A stretch of 64,000 nucleotides of DNA, from the IMG/VR virus record IMGVR_UViG_3300023174_000038, positions 1-64,000 of that record. The stretch is one strand, 5' to 3'. Below the pieces are notes generated by a model. The model was not told the DNA's origin and made no database searches. It saw only the letters and a list, made by a program, of their open reading frames with translations. Shown in pieces: positions 1 to 9,486 of the stretch (its first letter is position 1; every line of letters starts with the position of its first letter). The position numbers and the translations under genes are program-made.

Positions 1-448
1 CAAAGTATACACATCTTGGCTTAGGACCATCATCAATAGGCACACATAAGAATTGACCATTCTTCAAACGAGGTGCATACCATGTTACATCGTGATAAAT
101 GTCTACAATTTCAATTGGTACAAATGAAGGGCTAAAACTAGTTAGTGGATTAAATTCAAATGCATTGAATCCTCTATCATTAATACTAGTTAGTGGTAAT
201 GTTTCTAAGTCTCCGTGTTCTTGTTCACCAATTAATATCTGCCAATCTACTGGCATTTTAATTGTTTGATTGCCTATTCTTAATACTAATGCAGGGCTGT
301 TAAATGATTCCAAAAAGATTAATGGGATATAATGATAATCTACGTTTTGTGGATTACTGTTATCTAGTATCGCAAAGCGAAGGTCGTCAATCTCTTCAGG
401 CAATGTCTCTAAATTATAAAATTCGTTTTCAAGTGTTAATATACGCAT
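1..448 (-). CDS. Phage hypothetical protein, running off the window start (MRILTLENEFYNLETLPEEIDDLRFAILDNS...)
   Basis: Hand translation from ATG at 448, open to position 1; directly follows uvsW; absent from the ORF track because it has no stop in the window. Confidence 0.8.
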   Translation of the reverse strand, partial: MRILTLENEFYNLETLPEEIDDLRFAILDNSNPQNVDYHYIPLIFLESFNSPALVLRIGNQTIKMPVDWQILIGEQEHGDLETLPLTSINDRGFNAFEFNPLTSFSPSFVPIEIVDIYHDVTWYAPRLKNGQFLCVPIDDGPKPRCVYF

Positions 449-468
449 GTTTTTATTCTATCACATTC

Positions 469-1926
469 TTATCTATAAGTCAACTTTTCTACATCAAACG
501 GGTAATTAGCCTCTTTATAAAAAGCCTTACGTTGAGTTAAATGTCGTTTGGCAAATTTACAACTACTTGTTATATCGTAGATTTGGACATGGTCTTTATC
601 CTCTGCTTTTCTAATACCTCGCCCGATAGATTGGATAACTCTAACAAAGCTCTTTCCGGGTTCAATCAGAACAAGATTAAAAATACGAGGTATGTTAATA
701 CCAACAGCCGCAACACCATATGTAGCCACGATAATCTTGTTAGTGCTTGTAGCAACTTCATCATATTCTTCTTTCCTTTCATTCATATTAGTAGCACCAC
801 TAACAAACACGCTACCGGGTAATCTACTGACAATCTCTTTTCCTGCATTAACCCTATCAACTAAAATCAATGTATTACCGGTATCATTAATACCACTGAT
901 TAAACTAGCTATCTTATCTAATCTTTCACTATCTTCTAGTAAATGTTTCAATTCGCTTTGATAGTTGGTAAACTCTTTACCATCTTGTAATTGCATGATG
1001 TTAACGTAACAACGTGCTAATACACCTTGGTCCTGCAATTCGCTTGCTGACAGTTTACCAATAACATTACCCAAACTTACATAGATGCTTTGTGATTCAA
1101 ACTTAGCTTTAGGGATAGTTCCTGTTAATCCCCAACGAATGGGTACTTTAGCAAATACACCAGTAAGCAATGTTTTTAGTGCGTCAGCTTTTGCCATATG
1201 CACTTCGTCAACCATCACACATACAACACCTTCAATGAAGTCTCCGATATCCACTTCTGCTTCACCTGCTTTTGTTTTCTTAAGCATATTGTTAAGACTT
1301 TGCCAAGTACAGATAGTATGTGTCTTACCAAACTCTTTACGATCACCAAAGTATACACCAACATCTAATCCTAGATTGATATAATCTGCTTCTGTTTGTG
1401 TTACTAATGATTTGTTTGGAACAATAACAATACTACGACCATACTTCTCAACGCTATTAGATAATGCCGCAGTCATCAGTGTTTTACCTGCCCCTGTAGC
1501 AATTTCTTGTAATGATTGGGGGTTTTCTAGGAAGTTGTTTACAATTTCAATTTGATAGTCACGTAATACTACTGGCTCACCTTCTTTAGGATGACCTTTA
1601 GGCCAGTTCTTATTTTTGAACGTATCCTCGGACACTTTGTCAAATGTAAAGGTTGTAGTGTAATCTCTTAAATCTTCTAGTTCAATATCATATCCTGCAT
1701 TGTCTAGGTAAGGAAGTATTTCAGGTAACAAGTTAATGTATGTACTACCCGCCAAACTGAAATAGCTTACCTTACCATTCCATCTACCTAGTCTTACTGC
1801 AGGTAGATAACGTGCTCCGGGTATTTCATACTCAAACATTTTCATCAGTGCTTTTCGCTCTGCTAGTTCAAGTCCCTCTATCTTTACATTCACTTCGTCT
1901 TTGACGATTATTTTACATTGTTTCAT
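469..1926 (-). CDS. uvsW: UvsW-like SF2 DNA helicase
   Basis: Q motif LRDYQ, Walker A ATGAGKT, DEVH, TGT, QSIGRGIR; near uvsX/uvsY. Confidence 0.9.
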   Translation of the reverse strand: MKQCKIIVKDEVNVKIEGLELAERKALMKMFEYEIPGARYLPAVRLGRWNGKVSYFSLAGSTYINLLPEILPYLDNAGYDIELEDLRDYTTTFTFDKVSEDTFKNKNWPKGHPKEGEPVVLRDYQIEIVNNFLENPQSLQEIATGAGKTLMTAALSNSVEKYGRSIVIVPNKSLVTQTEADYINLGLDVGVYFGDRKEFGKTHTICTWQSLNNMLKKTKAGEAEVDIGDFIEGVVCVMVDEVHMAKADALKTLLTGVFAKVPIRWGLTGTIPKAKFESQSIYVSLGNVIGKLSASELQDQGVLARCYVNIMQLQDGKEFTNYQSELKHLLEDSERLDKIASLISGINDTGNTLILVDRVNAGKEIVSRLPGSVFVSGATNMNERKEEYDEVATSTNKIIVATYGVAAVGINIPRIFNLVLIEPGKSFVRVIQSIGRGIRKAEDKDHVQIYDITSSCKFAKRHLTQRKAFYKEANYPFDVEKLTYR

Positions 1927-2941
1927 TCTTTTCCAAGTTAACTGGTTGACTATTTACCACGTTGATTACTTTTGCTGTGTTAGCATGATCGGTATCACTT
2001 ATCAATTTGAATTTGATTACTACCGGGAACTTATACTTACTCATATTATCGTGTAGCATAAATCCCGGAGTATCATTATAACGTATCCCGGCAATTTCTA
2101 ATGCCATCTTTAAATCGTTTTTAAACTTTACATTAGTTGACAATGCTACACCCGATACAGAGACATAATCACATTTGATATTTTTTAACCAAGGCACAAT
2201 GTCACATATGTTTGTTAATTCTACTTTGGGATTATATGAGCCGGCAAATCGTTCTTCATCAGTTAATAAGATATTGTTATCAATATCTATTCCATATCGC
2301 ACTAGTTCTGCTAATGTAGATAATTCTGTATTTAAAGTAATATGTTTGATAGCTTCATTTAATGCAGAGTTAGTAGATGCTATCATATAATTTCCATTAA
2401 TACAAACTAATGTGGGTGTCCAATATTTTACATCTTTGTAATAGTCTTGTTGGTTTAATATTTTCTTAACATTATCGCTATATCTAATTTCATTGAAGAA
2501 AATTGCAGTCATACGTAATGCTAATTTTAGTGAGAAGGTACTCAAATCAGCAATATAGTATTTATTTGTATTATCCCATACAAAACTAGATTGACTAAGA
2601 TTCCTAAATGCTGTAATAAATGCTTTATTGTAAGGTGTCTTTAGAATGATATTATCATCTACAATACCTATATGAGCGGATGTATATTCATCAGTAGTTT
2701 CTACTACAAGTGTTTTCCAAGGAAGGTTTGATAAATCCTTAATGAACATTTGATTTTTTACAAATTGTCGTTCATATTTTTCAATAAGTTTATCCACTAA
2801 ATTTGATTGATTGCTAGTGATACGTTTTTTAATTAATATAATTTTCTCAAGATTTTGAAGGAATCTAATGTCATACCTACTTAATCTTAAGTTGGCAGCC
2901 ATATAATATATCAATTGTTCTTTATTATTCAATTCAATCAT
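1913..2941 (-). CDS. Hypothetical protein
   Basis: 342-aa ORF overlapping the uvsW start; TTGATT-N17-TATAAT just upstream. Confidence 0.75.
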   Translation of the reverse strand: MIELNNKEQLIYYMAANLRLSRYDIRFLQNLEKIILIKKRITSNQSNLVDKLIEKYERQFVKNQMFIKDLSNLPWKTLVVETTDEYTSAHIGIVDDNIILKTPYNKAFITAFRNLSQSSFVWDNTNKYYIADLSTFSLKLALRMTAIFFNEIRYSDNVKKILNQQDYYKDVKYWTPTLVCINGNYMIASTNSALNEAIKHITLNTELSTLAELVRYGIDIDNNILLTDEERFAGSYNPKVELTNICDIVPWLKNIKCDYVSVSGVALSTNVKFKNDLKMALEIAGIRYNDTPGFMLHDNMSKYKFPVVIKFKLISDTDHANTAKVINVVNSQPVNLEKNETM

Positions 2942-2976
2942 TCACTAATTATACAACAAATAAAACAAAAAATCAA

Positions 2977-3002
2977 TAAAAAAGGAGAGACCAAAGTCTC
3001 TC
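2977..3002 (-). terminator. Intrinsic terminator after the ATPase gene
   Basis: GAGAGAC-TTTG-GTCTCTC followed by CTTTTTT on the minus strand. Confidence 0.75.
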
Positions 3003-3082
3003 AAAAGTAATTAACAAAGGAACTAACGAAAAATATTAACGAAACGGGCTTATTGACATTGCCGTTACGCACACTGCAGGGG

Positions 3083-4111
3083 TTATGCTTTCATGCAAGT
3101 TGTCTTAGCAAGATTCTGCCAGTTACTGGGACTGATCTTAACTAAGTCTGCAATCTTTAAACACATACGCAAGGACACTTCACGCAATTTAGTATGATTG
3201 TCCCACATGAAGTTAATAACAGTTTGTGACTGTTCTTCATTGAAATCATAATCTTTAAACAAGCCACCATCAGCATCACGATGTACTTGCTTGATACGCA
3301 ACATCTTGTCACGATCACCGTCAATTGTCAAGTCAAGAAAGTGACAACGTGACTGCAATGCTTCTAAGTGGTCCTGCAATTTCTTAGACTTCAGATTGCC
3401 AAATTTCAAGTTAGTGATAAAGATAGCACTACCATTGAAGTTGAAAGTATTCGGGATACCTTCTTCACGCAACAAACGTGAATCACTATTCCAGCAAATT
3501 CTACGTGTCTTGCCTGAATCTAATGCTGCCTTGAGAATGTTCAAACTCAAGTCATCAGTAAAAACTGAATCACAATCATCAAAAATTAACACATTCTTTG
3601 TGTCAGAATACTTGTACAGTTGAGTATACAAACCCAATGCTGTCATAGCACCTTTAACAATTTGAAAACGCACACGTTTGCCTGCAAGTTTGTCAAACAT
3701 ACTTGCTTTTTCCATTTGTGTCTCAACACCATAACTTTTGCCGACACCGGGCGGGCCTGAAACAATCATAGCACGAATATCACCATTGATACAAGCACGT
3801 GACATTTCATCAAGAACCTCAAAACGTGTAGCAATACGGTCCATTGCTTCTTGTTCTGATTCTTTAGTTACTTCTTTCTTAAACTCTACTACAGCATTAG
3901 CCATAACTTTATCTCCATTTAAAAATTCAATATTATCAATCGTATCTACTAAGATTTTAATCTCAGCACTACGACCTGGGAACTGACCATCATTTTTAAC
4001 AGTCACATAACTACCTTTTTTACCTGTCTGAAAACCCTTAACAAGTGTGAACACTTCACCTTTAACTGCTTCATTGCGATATGAACCTGACAAAATACGA
4101 ACTGTAGACAT
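3083..4111 (-). CDS. P-loop (AAA-like) ATPase
   Basis: Walker A GPPGVGKS, Walker B LIFDDCD, FITN, ALQSR; SD AGGAGA. Confidence 0.85.
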   Translation of the reverse strand: MSTVRILSGSYRNEAVKGEVFTLVKGFQTGKKGSYVTVKNDGQFPGRSAEIKILVDTIDNIEFLNGDKVMANAVVEFKKEVTKESEQEAMDRIATRFEVLDEMSRACINGDIRAMIVSGPPGVGKSYGVETQMEKASMFDKLAGKRVRFQIVKGAMTALGLYTQLYKYSDTKNVLIFDDCDSVFTDDLSLNILKAALDSGKTRRICWNSDSRLLREEGIPNTFNFNGSAIFITNLKFGNLKSKKLQDHLEALQSRCHFLDLTIDGDRDKMLRIKQVHRDADGGLFKDYDFNEEQSQTVINFMWDNHTKLREVSLRMCLKIADLVKISPSNWQNLAKTTCMKA

Positions 4112-4134
4112 AGCTTCTCCTGTGTGTTAATCAA

Positions 4135-4177
4135 TCAATACAAGTATTGTATCACGGATACCATTTATTGTCAAATT
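4135..4177 (-). promoter_or_regulatory. Sigma70-type early promoter, copy 1 of an exact 43-bp direct repeat
   Basis: TTGACA-ATAAATGGTATCCGTGA(17)-TACAAT; identical to 4576-4618. Confidence 0.85.
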
Positions 4178-4553
4178 AAGCTACCTTACGAAAATACATA
4201 TAGGGCAAGCCCAATGTATAGCAGAGGTACTCATCATCACCTTGAGTGTCCTCAGCTTCGTGGATCCAACGCATTGCTGTTGCACGGTCCTTGGCACCTG
4301 ACAAGATCAGGGCATCCACTCTTTTCTCAAAAGAGAAAACAGCGTTTTGTTGTGCCTGAACACGGATCTTTTCTTCACGGTCAATAACCTCACCCAACTC
4401 CTTGAACTCAGCTAGGAAGTCTGTTTCAGTCCATGCAGAAGTATCAATACCTCGGGGACGAATGCCAAAAGCATCTTTATACATATCCCAGTAGATACCA
4501 GCATATTGCTCTAAAGTTGTCAACTCTTCCCAAGACTTGAATTCTGTAGTCAT
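4176..4553 (-). CDS. Hypothetical early protein
   Basis: 125-aa ORF with SD GAGGA, flanked by the 43-bp repeats. Confidence 0.8.
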   Translation of the reverse strand: MTTEFKSWEELTTLEQYAGIYWDMYKDAFGIRPRGIDTSAWTETDFLAEFKELGEVIDREEKIRVQAQQNAVFSFEKRVDALILSGAKDRATAMRWIHEAEDTQGDDEYLCYTLGLPYMYFRKVA

Positions 4554-4575
4554 TTCGTAGTCCTCTTTATCAGTT

Positions 4576-4618
4576 TCAATACAAGTATTGTATCACGGAT
4601 ACCATTTATTGTCAAATT
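4576..4618 (-). promoter_or_regulatory. Sigma70-type early promoter, copy 2 of the 43-bp repeat
   Basis: Exact copy of 4135-4177. Confidence 0.85.
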
Positions 4619-4824
4619 TTGGCTATCAAATTAGCGTGAATTTCATTCATTTCCGACTGTTCTACGTAGAAATCGGATCTAGGATCATAATATTGGCCCT
4701 CTTTGTTGTCATAATACAACACTCTACCGGAGAAATTGAACGGACCTTCTAGGCCATTACGTGGACCATACTTTGTACGCATTTCGTCCATCAGATACTT
4801 GTCAGCAACAACTTTGTAACTCAT
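4612..4824 (-). CDS. Hypothetical early protein
   Basis: 70-aa ORF (GLEGPF..GRVLYYDNKEGQYYDP); its TGA stop lies inside the TTGACA of the next promoter. Confidence 0.8.
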   Translation of the reverse strand: MSYKVVADKYLMDEMRTKYGPRNGLEGPFNFSGRVLYYDNKEGQYYDPRSDFYVEQSEMNEIHANLIAKI

Positions 4825-4850
4825 AAGGCCCTTTCAACTGAATAAGACTC

Positions 4851-4884
4851 TATTGTATAGCAAAATCCATTTATTGTCAAATTT
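4851..4884 (-). promoter_or_regulatory. Sigma70-type early promoter (TTGACAATAAAT family)
   Basis: TTGACA-ATAAATGGATTTTGCTA-TACAAT. Confidence 0.8.
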
Positions 4885-5875
4885 TGTACACTATGGTATC
4901 ATCGCTACTTTTAGCGTTTTTTACTATGTTCTGATTACTTTGTCGTTTGCTACTTTGAACTGTCAATACATCAATTTTGTTATATCCAAACTCAGTATGA
5001 TATTTTAATACATCATCGGCCATATCTCTATTACGAACCTTACCTACATTCCAGCAACTGACACCATTTGGATTTAGATGTTCTATACCCAATTTAATAA
5101 TCTCACGTAAGAATCCATCAGCCCAATCCTGATATGTAGGTTTAGTAGTAATTGATTGAGTTGGTTCATGTGTATATACTTCTAAATCAAAGTAAGGTGG
5201 ACTAGTCAATACTAAATCAGCTTTAGGTAATTTGTATTGTTTCATATTCAATGCATCATCACATATCAATGTGACTTTGTTTTGTATACCTAAAAAGTTT
5301 ACAATACTCATTAAATTATTATATGTTTGTGTGTTAGGTTCAAAAGCGATGTAATGTGCTCCATAACTTACTGCACCTAACATACGACCTCCCCAACCTG
5401 CACAAGGATCTAGTACTACTTCTGGCTTATATTTAATACAAGCTAGTTTCATCATTTGCGGCCTATACATTGTATTTTTAGTAAGACTACAGCAGAAGTA
5501 TATACCACGTTTTAATTCACTAAGATACGGTGTGCTATGACATTTACGATTCCATTTGAGGACTTTTTCTAAATTAGTTTGAGTCCACAAACTTCTAAAA
5601 CTTGTACCTGTACTGCTTTCAATATCATAGAAGTTAGGGCAATAGTGTTCGCTTAGTTTCATACCTAAACGTGATGTACTACTAATTGTTGTATCAGTAG
5701 TAGTCCACTTGCATAGTTGTTGCCAATCTTTTTTTAGTACATCGTCAGTGTATTGTGGTAAGAAGTTATATTGTTCTAGTTCCTTAGCCAGATTGGGAAC
5801 GGCGGCATCAAAGTCTGCGTCTGATAGATTACGTGTTGAGTAACGTACATTTAGAATATCAGCTAATGTTACCAT
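4877..5875 (-). CDS. Amino DNA methyltransferase (m4C/m6A)
   Basis: Motif I VLDPCAGWGG followed by motif IV LTSPPYF. Confidence 0.85.
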   Translation of the reverse strand: MVTLADILNVRYSTRNLSDADFDAAVPNLAKELEQYNFLPQYTDDVLKKDWQQLCKWTTTDTTISSTSRLGMKLSEHYCPNFYDIESSTGTSFRSLWTQTNLEKVLKWNRKCHSTPYLSELKRGIYFCCSLTKNTMYRPQMMKLACIKYKPEVVLDPCAGWGGRMLGAVSYGAHYIAFEPNTQTYNNLMSIVNFLGIQNKVTLICDDALNMKQYKLPKADLVLTSPPYFDLEVYTHEPTQSITTKPTYQDWADGFLREIIKLGIEHLNPNGVSCWNVGKVRNRDMADDVLKYHTEFGYNKIDVLTVQSSKRQSNQNIVKNAKSSDDTIVYKI

Positions 5876-6411
5876 TCTTCAAAACTTTTAACCCAAGGCA
5901 ATTTCAAAAAGTTTTCCCAAGCATTAGCCTTACTCCTGGTGGTATTATACATCCAATCATCATTACCGCCACCTTCTCCTCCTTGTTGCCGACTAAAAAA
6001 ATTATAAGTATCTTGTAAATGTGTTGTAAAGTCGGCTTTGGTAAACCATATTATGGTACTGTCCTCTACAGTATGAGCTACTAGTATAGCTCGTTCCCAA
6101 TCTTTCCCCACACCAAAATGATTAAAAATAAAACCGTTACTAGCATTTAATGCGCTAAATTTAATTTCAACTTTAATTTCACCCACAAATCTATCATGAC
6201 CGGGATTTTCTTTACCTCTTACGATATGCCCAAGTGAGGTCAAAATGTCTGTTAACATTGCTTCCCCGAATGCTCCTTTTGCACCCGGCTGAAGATAGGG
6301 TAATCCAGCTAATGGGGTGTTAGCCCATTTATCATTAAGTGATTTTGATATAAGACTGATTGTCTCTGGTGAAATATTAGTGTATACTGTTTCACTATTT
6401 ATTAATTTCAT
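5869..6411 (-). CDS. Putative PD-(D/E)xK restriction-type endonuclease
   Basis: KGAFGE...GHD...VEIKFS pattern; overlaps the MTase start; ATG at 6411 preferred over the track start at 6429. Confidence 0.6.
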   Translation of the reverse strand: MKLINSETVYTNISPETISLISKSLNDKWANTPLAGLPYLQPGAKGAFGEAMLTDILTSLGHIVRGKENPGHDRFVGEIKVEIKFSALNASNGFIFNHFGVGKDWERAILVAHTVEDSTIIWFTKADFTTHLQDTYNFFSRQQGGEGGGNDDWMYNTTRSKANAWENFLKLPWVKSFEEW

Positions 6412-6413
6412 AT

Positions 6414-7235
6414 TTAAACTAAACTCCAATGTAATATTTGATAGTATTGTAACTCATCATACTTTTTAGGATAATATGTTCCTTCAATACGCAAATGTTC
6501 ATTAGTAAACATCTTATCCCAAATATGTTTTAACGGGTTTTTAGGCTCAACAGAAATCATATGTGCATTTCCGTTACTATTCTTTAGCCAGTATTCATGT
6601 TGTTTTACACGTTTGTTGCTTTTATAAAAACTTGTAATAGGTGTCAACGTAGTAATTTGTTTAAGAGGGGGTGAATCAAAAGTAGGTAATTCTAATTTAA
6701 TATCTCTTTTAAATATATCAAATTTAACATCATAATCATAGAATTCGGGCAATCTAAAAATAATAGGTAACAATTCTTCTGTAACTTTTTTATCATTGCC
6801 GTGAATAAACGTATTTAGGTCTTGTCTATATTTTGATAGTTTAACACCCTTAAGAGACCATAGCATAATTTTCTTACTAAAGTAATCTCTAATTTCAGTA
6901 GCACGAACTCTATCAGATTCTTCTACCCGCCTAAATAAGTTATCATCTAATAGACTAGTAATACCAATATAGTGTGAGCTTTTATCTTTACTATCACGTA
7001 AACGTTTCCAAGCCACACTTAATGCCAGCACATCTTCGGTAGTTTCAATAACTTCATATCGTTTTACGTAGTCACTTCTATTAATATTTTTGAATAGGTT
7101 ATTAAGATAGCTATCATCTAATGAAATAGATGACTGCGGTGATATTGAACCGATACTTATTGGGCTGATAGAATTCATTCCACTAGCTCCACCACCAGTT
7201 ATTGTTATTGTATTACTACTATTTGTATTAGTCAA
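6414..7235 (-). CDS. Hypothetical protein
   Basis: 273-aa ORF coupled to uvsY. Confidence 0.7.
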   Translation of the reverse strand: MTNTNSSNTITITGGGASGMNSISPISIGSISPQSSISLDDSYLNNLFKNINRSDYVKRYEVIETTEDVLALSVAWKRLRDSKDKSSHYIGITSLLDDNLFRRVEESDRVRATEIRDYFSKKIMLWSLKGVKLSKYRQDLNTFIHGNDKKVTEELLPIIFRLPEFYDYDVKFDIFKRDIKLELPTFDSPPLKQITTLTPITSFYKSNKRVKQHEYWLKNSNGNAHMISVEPKNPLKHIWDKMFTNEHLRIEGTYYPKKYDELQYYQILHWSLV

Positions 7236-7689
7236 TTCGTATATCCTCCATGCCTGCTGTACGTAAACGTACTATATGTCCCATCTGCCATTGTTTAGCT
7301 TCAAGACCCTTCATTATACCTAACCAACGATTTCTTAGTAATGCTACTTCATTGATAAGTGTTTCAAAGTCAACTACTTCATCTTCACCATCAACATACT
7401 TTTCAGCGTCACGGCTTGTTAATGCTCTATTATACGCTTCTAAATATTTTTGAAAATGTTTTCGGCGAATTTTCCGTAATTGAATATTAAGATAGTTCAG
7501 TACTGCTTCTATCTCTTGTAGTTGATTAAATCTATGTTCTGTGATTCCGGGTAATGCGGCAATGTTTTTTTCAACATTGCCGTATACCTTTACATCACTC
7601 TTTGCCGAAATTATTTCGTTATCATAATGACTAATAAAATCGGGTATCACAGCTAAATTAGTTGTGATCCGTGTATACCAATTTGACAT
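7228..7689 (-). CDS. uvsY: UvsY-like recombination mediator
   Basis: Size, helical composition, AEKYVDGED motif, position downstream of uvsX. Confidence 0.75.
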   Translation of the reverse strand: MSNWYTRITTNLAVIPDFISHYDNEIISAKSDVKVYGNVEKNIAALPGITEHRFNQLQEIEAVLNYLNIQLRKIRRKHFQKYLEAYNRALTSRDAEKYVDGEDEVVDFETLINEVALLRNRWLGIMKGLEAKQWQMGHIVRLRTAGMEDIRID

Positions 7690-7941
7690 TTAGTTCCAAT
7701 CGTCTTGGTCTTCGTCTTCTTCGTATTCTTCGTAGTCATCTTCAATATCATGTTGTTCAGCGTAACCTTTCAATGCACTAAGCATTTCCTTGTCACCTTT
7801 AAACGCATCTTTGATATCGTCAGTTTCGTAGTTGTTGTCAATCAATAAATTGATTAATGTATCTGCGGCATCACCACGGTCATTGAAATCAATGTGTGTT
7901 CGTAGTGCATCCCAAACTTCAGCAACAAAATCTAAACTCAT
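7690..7941 (-). CDS. Hypothetical acidic protein
   Basis: 83-aa ORF coupled between uvsX and uvsY. Confidence 0.75.
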   Translation of the reverse strand: MSLDFVAEVWDALRTHIDFNDRGDAADTLINLLIDNNYETDDIKDAFKGDKEMLSALKGYAEQHDIEDDYEEYEEDEDQDDWN

Positions 7942-9005
7942 TCTGTACCCTCCTCCTCAGGTGTTACAGTACTTATCTTTGTAGATGCTTTTTGACTATA
8001 CTCAGTCATAACTTTGTCTAAGCAACTGTCAGTATTTGCTTCCCAGCCTTTACGAAACTTCTTAATGATTTCACCATCAAGTGTTGTGTAGACAAGTGAG
8101 TTACCTTCTTTTTTAACAAGTTCAGCCTTCTCAATCATATCTAGTAAACCTGAATAAGGGCTCATACCTGTTTCATAAGGAATCTTAACTTGTACTGATT
8201 CAAATGGTTTTGCATAACGTGTTTTCATAATCTTACATGCCGCACGAATACCTCGCACGTCACTAATCTTATTACCATCTTCATCTTCTTTAAGTTTCAA
8301 TTTCTTCATAGCAACAACAATACTTGATGCGTAAACAAAACCTTGACCACCACTAATTTTATCATCTGGATCAAACATATCTTGACTAGCATATGTGTGA
8401 TTAGTAGCAACCAAACCAATGTTCAATGAACCAAACATATTAACACAGTTACGAACAAGTGCTGTTAGTGCTTTAGGCTTACGACCCATATCACCTTTCA
8501 TATCACCTGCTTCAAACTGATTAACGTCAGTTGGTGTTAGTAGCATACCAAGACTGTCAAGTACGAATAGTACCTTTGGTCTATCTGTTTCTGCAAGACC
8601 TTTATAGTCTTTAACGAATGTTGATATAGTTTTACCCACATCGTCAATCATGGCCATGTTAAGTTTAAGCAACTTGCTTTCGTCAGTTGATACACCTAAG
8701 GCATGAAGCCATGCTTCGTCCAGTGCGTTCTCGGAGTCAATAAGAACTACAAAAATTCCTTGTTCTTGTGCGTGTCTAACAAGGTTTCCTGAGCAGATGA
8801 ATGATTTTCCTGCTCCTGACTCTCCGGCAAAGACAGTAACTTTACCAAGAGGAACGCCTTTATTAAAATCGCCGCTAATAAGATAATTGAGTGCATAGTT
8901 ACCAGTTGAGATCCAATCAGTAGGATCATTAAATCCTATTGATAGACCTTCAATACTTTTTGTTATGTCGCGGCGAAATTTGCTGATATCAAAAGGTTTT
9001 GCCAT
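7938..9005 (-). CDS. uvsX: UvsX/RecA-like recombinase
   Basis: ISTGNYALN, Walker A GESGAGKS, LIDSENA, VLDSLG, SGGQG. Confidence 0.93.
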   Translation of the reverse strand: MAKPFDISKFRRDITKSIEGLSIGFNDPTDWISTGNYALNYLISGDFNKGVPLGKVTVFAGESGAGKSFICSGNLVRHAQEQGIFVVLIDSENALDEAWLHALGVSTDESKLLKLNMAMIDDVGKTISTFVKDYKGLAETDRPKVLFVLDSLGMLLTPTDVNQFEAGDMKGDMGRKPKALTALVRNCVNMFGSLNIGLVATNHTYASQDMFDPDDKISGGQGFVYASSIVVAMKKLKLKEDEDGNKISDVRGIRAACKIMKTRYAKPFESVQVKIPYETGMSPYSGLLDMIEKAELVKKEGNSLVYTTLDGEIIKKFRKGWEANTDSCLDKVMTEYSQKASTKISTVTPEEEGTE

Positions 9006-9006
9006 A

Positions 9007-9198
9007 TTAATTATCCAATTCTAGTGCTAATGCTTCTTTGATTACCTCAAAGAGTTCTTCATCAGTAGTACAAAGAAATTTGTAATTCTTCCAATCATTC
9101 TCCGAATCTCTTCCACCTACTTCAATCATATAACCGTTAGTATAACGATTGATTGTAAATGATTCATTTACTTTGTTTAGTTTTTCTAGGTATTTCAT
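9007..9198 (-). CDS. Hypothetical protein
   Basis: 63-aa ORF with SD AAGGA, in the operon. Confidence 0.7.
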   Translation of the reverse strand: MKYLEKLNKVNESFTINRYTNGYMIEVGGRDSENDWKNYKFLCTTDEELFEVIKEALALELDN

Positions 9199-9210
9199 TT
9201 TATATTCCTT

Positions 9211-9444
9211 TTATTTTGCGTGTACACCATTAGTATACACACTGAACGTTTGTTTGTCTAGTATATCTGGACATTTTTCTGCGATAGATTCTAATTCCCA
9301 ATCATTTGGATAATGACGTAATGCTGTTCTTGCACGATCTCTAATTAAGCTAGGAACACGTGGTGTTTTACCTGGATCGCATAATTCTTCCAATAGTTTT
9401 TTACCTTGCTTAATGGCGCGGTATCTTTCGTCACTTGTTGTCAT
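9211..9444 (-). CDS. Small hypothetical protein (BPSL0761-like)
   Basis: ERYRA...TPRVP..IR..A...LRHYP motif. Confidence 0.65.
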   Translation of the reverse strand: MTTSDERYRAIKQGKKLLEELCDPGKTPRVPSLIRDRARTALRHYPNDWELESIAEKCPDILDKQTFSVYTNGVHAK

Positions 9445-9486
9445 GGAGTTCTCCTTAGGTAGGGAGCAATTGCTCCCTATTACCTT

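Noticed and set aside
3053-3082. Plus-strand TTGACA as an antisense promoter
   Set aside because: No -10 element at 16-18 nt spacing
3030-3085. Twister-ribozyme resemblance (TAA..GC..AAGCCCG)
   Set aside because: Closing P1/P2 strands and pseudoknot partners could not be found
4135-4884. CRISPR array
   Set aside because: Repeats are promoters separated by whole genes of 200-400 bp; no cas genes in the window
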